Of a stretch of 55,490 nucleotides of DNA, positions 9,146 through 17,938 are shown piece after piece; the stretch's first letter is position 1, and the number at the start of each line of letters is the position of its first letter. The stretch lies in assembly GCA_027306715.1 (NCBI GenBank), contig DAHUZG010000142.1, positions 1-55,490 on the forward strand. Direction: 5' to 3'. This DNA comes from Acidimicrobiaceae bacterium. Its GTDB lineage: Bacteria; Actinomycetota; Acidimicrobiia; Acidimicrobiales; Bog-793. A model generated the notes under the pieces. That model was given only the letters and a program-made list of their open reading frames with translations. It was not told where the DNA came from and made no database searches. A program made the position numbers and the translations under genes.

Positions 9146-10282
9146 TCAGATCGGCTGAGCGAGTGCGGCCATGCTCTCGTCGGTCAGCCGGGCGTGCTCC
9201 GAAGCCGGCACCGTGGGGTCCTGCTCCCAGTCGCCGAGCTGCTCGGAGTTCCGCACGACGAGCCGGGCGCGCTCGTAGCGGCGCTCCATGAAGCGCTTCA
9301 GCGCCTGCTCGAGGGTCGGCTCCGATTCGATCACCTCGCCGAGCACGACGGCGTCCTCGATGGCGATGCCCGCTCCCATCGCCAGGTGCGGCGTCGTCGA
9401 GTGGGCGGCGTCGCCGATCAAGAGGACCCGGCCGCGATACCACGGGTCGTCGAGAAGGAGGATCTGCGGCGGATGGCAGTCGATCAGCTCCGGGTCGGTC
9501 ATCTGCTGGCGCGCCCAGCCGATGAGGCCCGAGAAGTCCGACAGCGCCTCTTGGATCAGCTCCGGCCACTGCTCCTGCGGGGGCCGCGGGCGGCGCAGGG
9601 CGTTCTCGACGCAGAAGACGTACGCCTGTGAGTCAGAGACGGGGTTCAAACCGGCCTTGAGGCGCGGCCCGTAGTACATCGAGACGTAGTCGATGCCCTC
9701 CGGCGGCAGCGGGACGACCGCCCGCCACACGGTCTGGCCGCTGTAGTAGGGCTCCGGGGCGTCGGGGAAGACGAGGGCCCGCACCTTCGAGTGCAGCCCG
9801 TCGGCGCCGACGACGAGCTCGTAGCGGCGCCGGTCCCCGTTGGTGAGCAGGACCTCGACGCTGTCGTCGTGCTGGGTGATCTCCTCGACGGTCGTCGCCA
9901 GCTCGATGCTCGCTCCGTGGCGCTCGGCGGTCTCGGCGAGCAGTCCCCAGAACAGCGGGCGCATGATGCCGAAGCCGGCCGGCAGGTCGGCGCCGGCGGC
10001 CTTCGGCAGCGTCAGGTCCTCGAGCACGTTGCCCTCGGCGTCGCCGAAGATCATCCGGTCGTGCCCGGCGCCCTGCGCGATGCAAGCGGCGAGCGCCTCC
10101 TCGTCGGCGGTGTGCAACGCCCGTAGCGTCGGGCCCATCATCGTCAGGCCGGACCCGAGCGGGCGGAGGTGGTCGTTGATCTCGACGATGTCGACCTCGA
10201 CACCGCGCTTGCGCAGAGTCGTAGCGGCGACGAGCCCCGCTGCACCGCCCCCGACGACGAGGACCCTCGAGACTGCTGGCAT
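9146..10282 (-). CDS. FAD-dependent aromatic-ring monooxygenase (paralog 1)
   Basis: Dinucleotide fingerprint VLVVGGGAAGL, GADGLHSKVR, and GDAAHSTTPHLAMGAGIAIED. Confidence 0.85.
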   Translation of the reverse strand: MPAVSRVLVVGGGAAGLVAATTLRKRGVEVDIVEINDHLRPLGSGLTMMGPTLRALHTADEEALAACIAQGAGHDRMIFGDAEGNVLEDLTLPKAAGADLPAGFGIMRPLFWGLLAETAERHGASIELATTVEEITQHDDSVEVLLTNGDRRRYELVVGADGLHSKVRALVFPDAPEPYYSGQTVWRAVVPLPPEGIDYVSMYYGPRLKAGLNPVSDSQAYVFCVENALRRPRPPQEQWPELIQEALSDFSGLIGWARQQMTDPELIDCHPPQILLLDDPWYRGRVLLIGDAAHSTTPHLAMGAGIAIEDAVVLGEVIESEPTLEQALKRFMERRYERARLVVRNSEQLGDWEQDPTVPASEHARLTDESMAALAQPI

Positions 10283-10322
10283 GGCGCTGTCCTTCCTCTC
10301 CGTGACAGATTCGGCCCGTGGG

Positions 10323-11456
10323 TCAGATCGGCTGGGCCAGCGCGGCGAAGCTCTCGTCCGACAGCCGGGCGTGCTCCGAGGCCGGCACCGAAGGGTCCTG
10401 CTCCCAGGCGCCGAGCTGGGCCGAGTTCTCGACGACGATGCGGGCGCGCTCGAAGCGACGCTGCATGAACCGCTTCAGCGCCTGCTCGAGCGAGGGCTCC
10501 GACTCGACGACCTCGCCGAGCACGACGCCGTCCTCGACGGCGATGCCTGCACCCATCGCCAGGTGCGGCGTCGTCGAGTGGGCGGCGTCGCCGATCAGGA
10601 GCACCCGGCCGTGATACCACGGGTCCGGCAGGAGCAGGACGAGCGGCGGATGGCAGTCGATCTGCTCGGGATCGGTCATCTGCTCCCGGCACCAGCCGAT
10701 CAGGCCGGTGAAGTCCGAGAGGTTGTCACGGATCAGCTCAGGCCACTGCTCCTGCGGGGGCCGGGGCCGGCGGAGACCGTTCTCGACGCAGAAGACGTAG
10801 GCGTGCGTCGGCGAGACGGGGTTGAAGCCGGCCTTGAGCCGCGGCCCGTAGTGCATCTCGAGGTTCTCGTGACCGGACTCCGGCCTCGGCACGACGGCTC
10901 GCCAGACGGTCTGGCCGTTGTAGCGCGGCTCGGGGGCGTCGGGAAAGACGAGAGCCCGCACCTTCGAGTGCAGCCCGTCCGCGCCGACGACGAGGTCGTA
11001 GCGCCGGCGCTCGCCGCTCGAGTGCGCGACGTCGACCCCGCCCGCGTCCTGCTCGATCGACTCGACCGTCGTCGACAGCTCGATGCGGGTCCCCTCGCGC
11101 TCGGCCATCTCGGCGAGCAGGCCCCAGAAGATCGGGCGCATGATCCCGAACCCGCCGGGAAGGCCCTCCGCGGCCTGCGGCAGCGGCAGCTCGTGCAGCA
11201 CGGTGCCGGCAGCGTCGGCGAAGACGAAGAAGTCGTAGCCGGCGCCCTGGCTGATGCACGCCCTAGCCGCCTGCTCGTCCGCCTGGTGCATGGCACGCAG
11301 CGTCGGGCCCATCATCGTCAGCCCCGATCCCAGCGGGCGGAGATGGTCGTTGACCTCGATGACGTCCACTGAGACGCCGCGCTTGCCGAGGGTCGTCGCC
11401 GCCACCAGCCCCGCCGGCCCCCCGCCGACCACCAGCACCCGCTCGACTACCGCCAT
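10323..11456 (-). CDS. FAD-dependent aromatic-ring monooxygenase (paralog 2)
   Basis: Same motifs and length as 9146-10282. Roughly three quarters of positions are identical by eye, and the C-terminal ..AALAQPI is identical. Confidence 0.85.
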   Translation of the reverse strand: MAVVERVLVVGGGPAGLVAATTLGKRGVSVDVIEVNDHLRPLGSGLTMMGPTLRAMHQADEQAARACISQGAGYDFFVFADAAGTVLHELPLPQAAEGLPGGFGIMRPIFWGLLAEMAEREGTRIELSTTVESIEQDAGGVDVAHSSGERRRYDLVVGADGLHSKVRALVFPDAPEPRYNGQTVWRAVVPRPESGHENLEMHYGPRLKAGFNPVSPTHAYVFCVENGLRRPRPPQEQWPELIRDNLSDFTGLIGWCREQMTDPEQIDCHPPLVLLLPDPWYHGRVLLIGDAAHSTTPHLAMGAGIAVEDGVVLGEVVESEPSLEQALKRFMQRRFERARIVVENSAQLGAWEQDPSVPASEHARLSDESFAALAQPI

Positions 11457-11524
11457 CGCTCAGTCCTCTCTCCCGGCGTGCGCCGGCGCGCACAGTTCTC
11501 GCCGCCATCGCCGCGAGGCGGCGC

Positions 11525-12190
11525 TCACAGCACCACCTCGAGCGTCGCCGGCCGGCGCAGCATTGACGAGCGCGACGGCTTGTAGCGCCAGCCGGGCGCC
11601 AGCCGGCAGCCGGGGAAGCGCTCGAGCAGCTCCTCGACGAGCAGGCGAGCCTCGAGGCGCGCCAACCCGGCGCCGAGGCAGAGATGGATGCCGGCACCGA
11701 ACGACAGCATCGCGCGCTCCGGGCGCCGGTCGAGCCGGAACTCACCGGCGTCGGATCCCCAGGCGGCTTCGTCGCGGTTGGCGGCGAGCAGGCTGACGAC
11801 GACGCGGTCGCCGCGCTCGACGCGCTCCCTGCCGACCTCCGCCGGGCCGGTGGCGGTCCTCAGCACGTACTCGAGCGGGGCGTCGAGGCGCAAGGACTCC
11901 TCGACTGCCCTGCCGACGAGCGAGCGGTCGGCGAGCAGCTCTTCGACGCGCCGGCGGTCCTCGAACAGCCGGTGCACGACGTTGGCGATCAGGCTGGCGG
12001 TCGTGTCGGTGCCGGCGGCGATCAGCTGCACGGCGTGCGTGACGGCCTCAAGCGGGTGGAAGCGGTGGGCGAGCGCGTCGATCACGTCGGCACCGGTTGC
12101 CGGCGCCGCCCCGCGCCGGGCGACGAGTCCGGCGAGGTAGGAGCCGAGCTGGCGCAGCAGCCGACGGTGGCGACACGCGCCATCCCGGCG
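11525..12190 (-). pseudogene. cytochrome P450, 5'-truncated (C-terminal ~220 codons only)
   Basis: I-helix AGTDTT, ExxR (ESLR) and heme loop FGAGIHLCLGAGLA are present. The frame is open only from a TGA at about 12190, and the next gene's stop is at 12216. The N-terminal half of a normal ~400-aa P450 has no room. Confidence 0.7.
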
Positions 12191-12215
12191 GTCACCTCCT
12201 CACCTCCTCACCCCG

Positions 12216-13148
12216 TCACCCGAGCGGTACCACCGGTGGCGCCGGGAGGATCCGTGCCTCGATCGCTCCGAGCCGGTCGGCTTCGAGGCGCACCTCGTCG
12301 CCCGCCTGCAGCCACGGGTAGGCCTCGTCGCCGTGCACGGCCTGCAGCTCGGCGATGCAGCCGGTGCCGACGGTGCCGCTGCCGATGAGGTCACCCGGGC
12401 GCAGCTCGGTCCCCCGCGAGGCGTAGGCGAGCAGCTGGCCGAAGCTCCAGTGCATCGTCGACCAGTTGCCGCGTGTCCACTCCCTGCCGTTGACGGTGGC
12501 GGTCAGCTCGATGTCGTAGGCGTTCCCCGCTCGGAACGGCTCGAGCTCGTCGGCAGTGACGAGGAACGGGCCGAGGCTCGTCGCCCCGTCCTTGCCCTTG
12601 ACCGGGCCGAGATGGACGGTCATCTCCGCTCGTTGCAGGTCGCGTGCGCTCCAGTCGGAGATCAGCAGGTAGCCGGCGATGTGGCTCTCGGCCTCGGCAG
12701 GCGCCAGGTCGCGCCCGCCTTGCCCGACGACGGCGCCGATCTCGAGCTCGTAGTCGAAGGCGGAGCTGCCGGGGGAGATCTCGACCTCGTCACGGGCGCC
12801 GCGCACCGCTGCGGGGTTCGAGAAGTAGAAGACCGGCTGCTCGTACCACACCGGTTCGACGTCGTGGCCGAAACGGCGCCCGGCGTTTCGGACGTGCTCC
12901 TCGAAGGCCATGAAGTCGCGGACCGACGGCGGCACCGGCACCGGCGCACGAAGCCGAGCCTCGGCGAGCGGCACGACCTCGAGCGGCGTCCGGCGCGCCG
13001 TGTCGCCGGCTGCGGCCAGGCGGTCTCCGTCGTCGCCGAGCAGGTCGATCAGCCGCTCGGTCCCGGAAAGGCCGAGCAGGTGGTCGTCCTCGACGAGCGC
13101 GACGTGCTCGTTGCCGTCGGCGGGTGAGAGATAGGTGGCGAAGCGCAT
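12216..13148 (-). CDS. fumarylacetoacetate hydrolase (FAH) family protein
   Basis: 310 aa. The N-terminal MRFATY.. and the C-terminal FAH-domain blocks (..ELEIGAVVG.., ..GDLIGSGTVGTG..) fit the family. Confidence 0.85.
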   Translation of the reverse strand: MRFATYLSPADGNEHVALVEDDHLLGLSGTERLIDLLGDDGDRLAAAGDTARRTPLEVVPLAEARLRAPVPVPPSVRDFMAFEEHVRNAGRRFGHDVEPVWYEQPVFYFSNPAAVRGARDEVEISPGSSAFDYELEIGAVVGQGGRDLAPAEAESHIAGYLLISDWSARDLQRAEMTVHLGPVKGKDGATSLGPFLVTADELEPFRAGNAYDIELTATVNGREWTRGNWSTMHWSFGQLLAYASRGTELRPGDLIGSGTVGTGCIAELQAVHGDEAYPWLQAGDEVRLEADRLGAIEARILPAPPVVPLG

Positions 13149-13188
13149 CGTCGTCGGCTTCCTCGGAGTCCGGTCGGCCTAGGCGGGC

Positions 13189-14130
13189 CTAGGCAAGGCA
13201 GGTGAGGGGCTTGCCGCCGTTGTAGGCGACCATGTCGGCGAGGGCGGCGGCGGTATCGATGCGGGCACCTCGCGCGGTGCCGGTCAGCTCGGCCATCGCC
13301 CGGTGCAGGTTGCCGACGATGCGCTCGGCGTCGTGCAGCCCGGCGTAGCCGCCGAGATCGGTCTCCCGAGCCGTCTCGAGCGGGCTCAGCCCGGCCTCGA
13401 GCCCGCGCCGCGCCGTCTCCTCGACGAAACGCAGGTACCCGAGCACCTCGTCGATCAGCTCCGGACCGGTCACGGGCCCGTGGCCGGGGACGATCGTCTG
13501 CGCCCCGAGCGGGCGGATCACCTGCTCGAGCACCTCGGCCGCCCCCGCCACCGAGCCCATCAGCAGGAACGGCGTGCCCTCGTTGAAGATCAGGTCGCCT
13601 GAGAAGAGGAGCGATCTCTCCGGCAGCCAGACGATCGAGTCGTTGGTCGTGTGCGCCGGCTGGCCGACGTGGCGCACCTCGCACGGCATCTCGTCGAGCC
13701 ACAGGGTGACCTTGTCGGTGTAGGTGAGGAAGGGGGGCGCCAGCTCGAGGGCGCCCCAGTCGACCTCCTCGAAGATCGGGCCGTAGCTCGGCAGGCCGTG
13801 GTCGAGAACCTCGCGGCGCGTCGCCTCGTGGGCGACGATAGCGGCGCCACCGAAGAGGTAGTTGCCGTAGGTGTGGTCGCCGTGGTGGTGGGTGTTGACA
13901 AGGAGGCGCACCGGCTTGTCGGAGACCTCGGCGATCGCCTTCAGGTAGGCCGCGGTCCGGCGCTCGGTCGAGCAGGCGTCGATGCTGGTCACGCCCTGGC
14001 CGCCGACCAGGAAGCCGGTGTTGTTGATGAACCAGCTGCCGTCGGGCTGGATGTAGGCGAAGACGCCGTCGGCCACCTCCTCCACCCGCGGCGGGCCGAG
14101 CTTCTGATGGTCGTGGTGGCTCGAGCTCAC
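13189..14130 (-). CDS. MBL-fold metallo-hydrolase
   Basis: HHHGDHTYGN metal-binding motif; 313 aa. Confidence 0.85.
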   Translation of the reverse strand: MSSSHHDHQKLGPPRVEEVADGVFAYIQPDGSWFINNTGFLVGGQGVTSIDACSTERRTAAYLKAIAEVSDKPVRLLVNTHHHGDHTYGNYLFGGAAIVAHEATRREVLDHGLPSYGPIFEEVDWGALELAPPFLTYTDKVTLWLDEMPCEVRHVGQPAHTTNDSIVWLPERSLLFSGDLIFNEGTPFLLMGSVAGAAEVLEQVIRPLGAQTIVPGHGPVTGPELIDEVLGYLRFVEETARRGLEAGLSPLETARETDLGGYAGLHDAERIVGNLHRAMAELTGTARGARIDTAAALADMVAYNGGKPLTCLA

Positions 14131-14165
14131 AGCGTGCCTCCGGTGTCGTCGACGGTGTCGCCTGG

Positions 14166-14195
14166 GCCGCCCGGGTGGGTGCCGCCCGGGTGGGT
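14166..14195. repeat. 15-bp tandem duplication (gccgcccgggtgggt x2), followed by a 9-bp x2 repeat
   Basis: Read directly; intergenic between the FAH stop (14306) and the MBL start (14130). Confidence 0.8.
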
Positions 14196-14305
14196 GCCGC
14201 GGGTGCTGCGGGTGCCGCCGCCCCCGCAGCTCAAGAGGTCACCGTGCGTCGCGCCCGTCCTCTCGCGCCGCATCCTCACGCCGCCGCCCGACGGGCCGGG
14301 GAGGT

Positions 14306-15325
14306 TCATCCGGTGGCGGCGGCGCAGCGGTTGCGCTGCGTGCCGAGCCCGGTGATCGTCCCCTCCACCACGTCGCCGTCGGTGAGGAAGCGGCCGTAGT
14401 GGGCGCCGTTGCCCCGTGGCGAGCCGGTGAGAAGCACGTCGCCGGGCAGCATCCGGGCGATCGAGGAGGTGTGCTCGATGAGCCGGGCGAGATCGAAGAT
14501 CATGTCGGCCGTCGACTCGTCCTGCATTGTCTCGCCGTTCAGCCGCAACGTCACCTGGAGCTTCTGCGGATCGGCGACGAAGGCGGCCGGCACGACGAAC
14601 GGGCCCGCCGGAAGGAACGTCGGGGCGTTCTTGGCGGCCAGCCAGTCCGAGCCGATTCCCGGCAGGTCGGGCCGGTAGACCCGGTCCCGGGTCGTCACGT
14701 CGTTGACGATCAGGTAGCCGGCGACACGCGTGAGCGCCTCGTCACGGCCGGCGCGGTAGGTCTCGGTGGCGATCACCGCAGCCAGCTCGAGCTCCCAGTC
14801 GTGCTGGCTCCCCGTCGGCGGCAGGAGGACGTCGTCGAACGGCCCGCAGAGCGCCCCCGGCAGGCCGATGAACACGTAGGGCTGGTCGTTTCGAGCCCGA
14901 GCGTCCATCATCTCCGCCGCCCGCCGCCGAGCGTCCTCGAGGTCCTCGTCGCCGCTCTGGCGTGCCTGGGCGACGATCAGGTCGATGACATGGCTGCGGT
15001 AGTTCGCCCCGCTCTGGAAGATCTGGCGCGGCGCCACCGGTGCCAGCACCGAGAGGCTGTCCCAGCGCGGGAGCTCCTCGTCGCCGCCCGGGTCCGGGCG
15101 GAGCGCGTCGGCGACCTCGCCGAGGCGCTCGATATGGACGTCCCAGTCCGGGAGGAGGTCGTCGAGGCGGCCCGTCCCCGGCACGAAGCGGTCGACCCGG
15201 GCGACGCGCTCGCCGACGACGAGGCCGCAGAACTGCTCGCGCGGGCTGCCGCTGCTGAATTGGCCGATGGCGAACGGCGGCGCGGAGGTCCCCGCCTCCT
15301 CAGTCGACGCGCGCTCAGCCGGCAC
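14306..15325 (-). CDS. fumarylacetoacetate hydrolase (FAH) family protein (second copy)
   Basis: FAH-domain blocks (..HDWELELAAVI.., ..GDVLLTGSPRG..). A GTG at 15325 is preceded by a G-rich SD. The ORF extension to 15739 overlaps the LysR gene and is Arg/Pro-rich. Confidence 0.8.
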   Translation of the reverse strand: MPAERASTEEAGTSAPPFAIGQFSSGSPREQFCGLVVGERVARVDRFVPGTGRLDDLLPDWDVHIERLGEVADALRPDPGGDEELPRWDSLSVLAPVAPRQIFQSGANYRSHVIDLIVAQARQSGDEDLEDARRRAAEMMDARARNDQPYVFIGLPGALCGPFDDVLLPPTGSQHDWELELAAVIATETYRAGRDEALTRVAGYLIVNDVTTRDRVYRPDLPGIGSDWLAAKNAPTFLPAGPFVVPAAFVADPQKLQVTLRLNGETMQDESTADMIFDLARLIEHTSSIARMLPGDVLLTGSPRGNGAHYGRFLTDGDVVEGTITGLGTQRNRCAAATG

Positions 15326-15462
15326 GATGGACCCCCCCAGGCGGGTGCTCGAGTCGCCGCCGGCTGGCGCCTGCGGCAGCGTGCAGAGTAGGCGCCGCGC
15401 CGCCGGCCGAAAAACCCACGAGCCTCGATGACAGCCATCGACGCCAGCGATGGCCGGAATCG

Positions 15463-16422
15463 CTAGGCGAGGCGCTGGGCGATGGTGGCGATGCGTTCGC
15501 GCAGCCAGCGGTGGGCGAGGTCGGAGTCGAAACGGGGATGCCAGAACAGGGTCTCGTGGATCGGTGGCAGCGTGAAGGGCAGCGGGAGGATCTTGATGTC
15601 GGCGATCGGCTCGAACTCGATCGCTACCCGCCGGTGCACGACGGAGATCATCCGGCTGCCGCGGATGAGCAGGGGGGCGAGCACGAAGGTCTGCGTCGTC
15701 GCCTCGGTGTGACGGACGACTCCGAGGTCGTCGAGCCACAGGTCGGCGAGCGAGTGCATCATGCGCCCGCTGTAGGACAGGTGCGGGAGCCGACCGAACA
15801 GCTCGCGGGTGATGTGGTCGCCGACCTCGGGGTGCTGCTGCCAGGCCACGCAGACGAACTCGTCCTCGAACAGCGGCCGTTGCGGCTGCTCGCTCAGCTC
15901 GGCGACGAGCTCGCGCGGCAGGAAGAGGAGGTCGACCTCGGCCCGCTGCAGCAGCTCGACGAAGTTCGTCGACAACGGGGCGACCGTGAGGCGCACGTTC
16001 GGCGCCTCGGCGTTGAGCGACTCGAAGACGTCGCGCAGCAGCACGAGCGTCGCGTAGTCGCTCGCCATCAGCGTGAAGCTGCGCTCGTCCCGGCGCGGGT
16101 CGAAAGCGGCGCGCGTGCTGAGCACCTGCTCCACCCCGATGAGCACGTCGTGCACCGGCGCGACGAGCGACTCGGCGAGCGGCGTCAGGCTCATCGCCCG
16201 GCCGGTGCGCACGAGCAACGGGTCGTCGAAGACGCGACGCAGCCGCGCCAGCGAAGCGCTCATCGCCGGCTGGCCGAGGTAGAGGCGCTCGGCGGCACGG
16301 GTGACGTTGCGCTCGGTGAGCAGCGCGTCGAGGGCGACGAGGAGGTTGAGGTCGACATCGTTGACGCGCACCTGTGAGCCTCCTACGGCGACCCGATCAT
16401 CGACAGCAGTGATGCTAGCCAT
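15463..16422 (-). CDS. LysR family transcriptional regulator
   Basis: ATG at 16422. The HTH region is VDLNLLVALDALLTERNVTRAAERLYLGQPAMSASLARLR. It is divergent from the monooxygenase/dioxygenase pair. Confidence 0.85.
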   Translation of the reverse strand: MASITAVDDRVAVGGSQVRVNDVDLNLLVALDALLTERNVTRAAERLYLGQPAMSASLARLRRVFDDPLLVRTGRAMSLTPLAESLVAPVHDVLIGVEQVLSTRAAFDPRRDERSFTLMASDYATLVLLRDVFESLNAEAPNVRLTVAPLSTNFVELLQRAEVDLLFLPRELVAELSEQPQRPLFEDEFVCVAWQQHPEVGDHITRELFGRLPHLSYSGRMMHSLADLWLDDLGVVRHTEATTQTFVLAPLLIRGSRMISVVHRRVAIEFEPIADIKILPLPFTLPPIHETLFWHPRFDSDLAHRWLRERIATIAQRLA

Positions 16423-16531
16423 CGCCGATCCCTGCTTGCACCGGAAGGGGGGGCTCCTTACCCTCACGACCAGGGACCCTGGGGGGATTCGTCGTGCCTG
16501 TCGCCATGAGCACCGTGTGCTGCGCAGCTGT

Positions 16532-16558
16532 GCCGCTGCCGCTGCCGCTGCCGCTGCC
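16532..16558. repeat. hexanucleotide microsatellite (GCCGCT) x about 4.5
   Basis: Read directly in the LysR/monooxygenase divergent intergenic region. Confidence 0.8.
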
Positions 16559-16666
16559 GGCGCGGGCACCGGCGCGTCGCCCAGGCGCCGGCAGCGGGGC
16601 GGTCACCGGCACCTGCCGCGACGCCTCGAACGGTGATGTGGCTCGAGGCCGGGCCCGGGGCTGAGG

Positions 16667-17806
16667 GTGCGTGTCCTTGTCGCCGGGGGAGGGATCGGGG
16701 GACTCACCGCGGCCGCGGCGCTCGCCCGGCGCGGCCATGCCGTCGAGGTGGCAGAGCCGGCCGCGGCGGCAGCGGCGTCAGGTGTCGGCATCGCCCAGCC
16801 GGCCAACGCGCTGCGGGTGATGCGGTCGCTCGGGTTGCTCGAGCGCTGCCTCGAGGCGGGTTTCGCCTACGACCGGACGATCTTCTGCGACGCCGCCGGC
16901 CGGCACGTCGTCGAGGTGCCGTCCCGGCTCGGCGGTGACGGCGTGCCGCCGGCGAGCGCCCTCTCGCGCCACGAGCTGCACGAGATCCTCACCGAGGCGG
17001 CGACCTCCGCAGGCGCCGAGCTGCGGCTCGGTCTCGCCGTGGTCGACGTGCACTCCGAGCCCGCAGCGGCGACCGTGGCCTTCTCGAACGGGAGCGAGGC
17101 CGCCTACGACCTCGTGGTCGGTTTCGACGGGATCTACTCGACGGTCCGCTCGGCGACCCATCCTGCGGCCGCCGAGCCGGCGCACACCGGTCACTCGGTC
17201 TGGCGGCTGACCGTGCCGAGGGCGGCGGGCGTGGCCTGCCCGCTGCAGTTCCAGGGCGCCCGGGCCAAGGCCGGGGTGATCCCGCTCGGTCACGATCTGA
17301 TGTACCTGCTGGCGGTGACGGCCGAGGACCGGGTGCGGCGCTTCGAACGGGCCGAGTTCCCCGAGCTGTTGCGGGAGCGGCTCGAGGAGTTCGGCGGCCT
17401 CATCGGGGAGATCCGCGACGGGCCGATCGCCTCCGACGACGTCGTCTACAGCCCGATCCAAGAGGTGATGCTGGCCGAGCCGTGGTGGTCGGGGACGGTG
17501 GCCGTCGCCGGCGACGCCGCCCACGCCTCGGCGCCCCACATCACCCAAGGGGCGGCGATGGCGATGGAGGACGCGCTCGTGCTCGCCGAGCTGCTCGACG
17601 ACCGCACCGCTGTCGCCGTCACCTTGAAGGAGTGGTGCACCCGGCGTTACCCCCGGTGCCGCCTCGTGCAGGACGTGTCCCATGCCATCCTCGCGGCCGA
17701 GATGCTCGAGGGGAGCGCCGAGCTGTCGGCTCGGCTCGAGAGGATGCCGGCGGAGGTACCGCAGCGCCTGCATGCTGTGCAGGAGATCCTCAACCAGCCG
17801 GCATGA
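16667..17806 (+). CDS. FAD-dependent aromatic-ring monooxygenase (third copy, distinct lineage)
   Basis: MRVLVAGGGIGGLTAA fingerprint, GFDGIYSTVR, and GDAAHASAPHITQGAAMAMED. Confidence 0.85.
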   Translation: MRVLVAGGGIGGLTAAAALARRGHAVEVAEPAAAAAASGVGIAQPANALRVMRSLGLLERCLEAGFAYDRTIFCDAAGRHVVEVPSRLGGDGVPPASALSRHELHEILTEAATSAGAELRLGLAVVDVHSEPAAATVAFSNGSEAAYDLVVGFDGIYSTVRSATHPAAAEPAHTGHSVWRLTVPRAAGVACPLQFQGARAKAGVIPLGHDLMYLLAVTAEDRVRRFERAEFPELLRERLEEFGGLIGEIRDGPIASDDVVYSPIQEVMLAEPWWSGTVAVAGDAAHASAPHITQGAAMAMEDALVLAELLDDRTAVAVTLKEWCTRRYPRCRLVQDVSHAILAAEMLEGSAELSARLERMPAEVPQRLHAVQEILNQPA

Positions 17807-17866
17807 GAGCCGACCAGCGCCTGGCGGGTGCCGGGGCCACACTGGCGTCCGGCGAGGCGCCGGCAG

Positions 17867-17917
17867 CCGGGCACGCAGGCAACCCCGGCACGCAGGTAAC
17901 CCCGGCACGCAGGTAAC
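17867..17917. repeat. 17-bp direct repeat x3 (ccsggcacgcaggyaac)
   Basis: Three contiguous units ending about 8 nt before the GAAGGAG SD of the dioxygenase gene. Confidence 0.85.
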
Positions 17918-17938
17918 CCAGTGGAAGAAGGAGACCAG

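Noticed and set aside
13171-13196. ggcctaggcg/ggcctaggca 10-bp duplication at the MBL stop codon.
   Set aside because: It is very short, and one copy simply contains the stop codon. There is no evidence of function.
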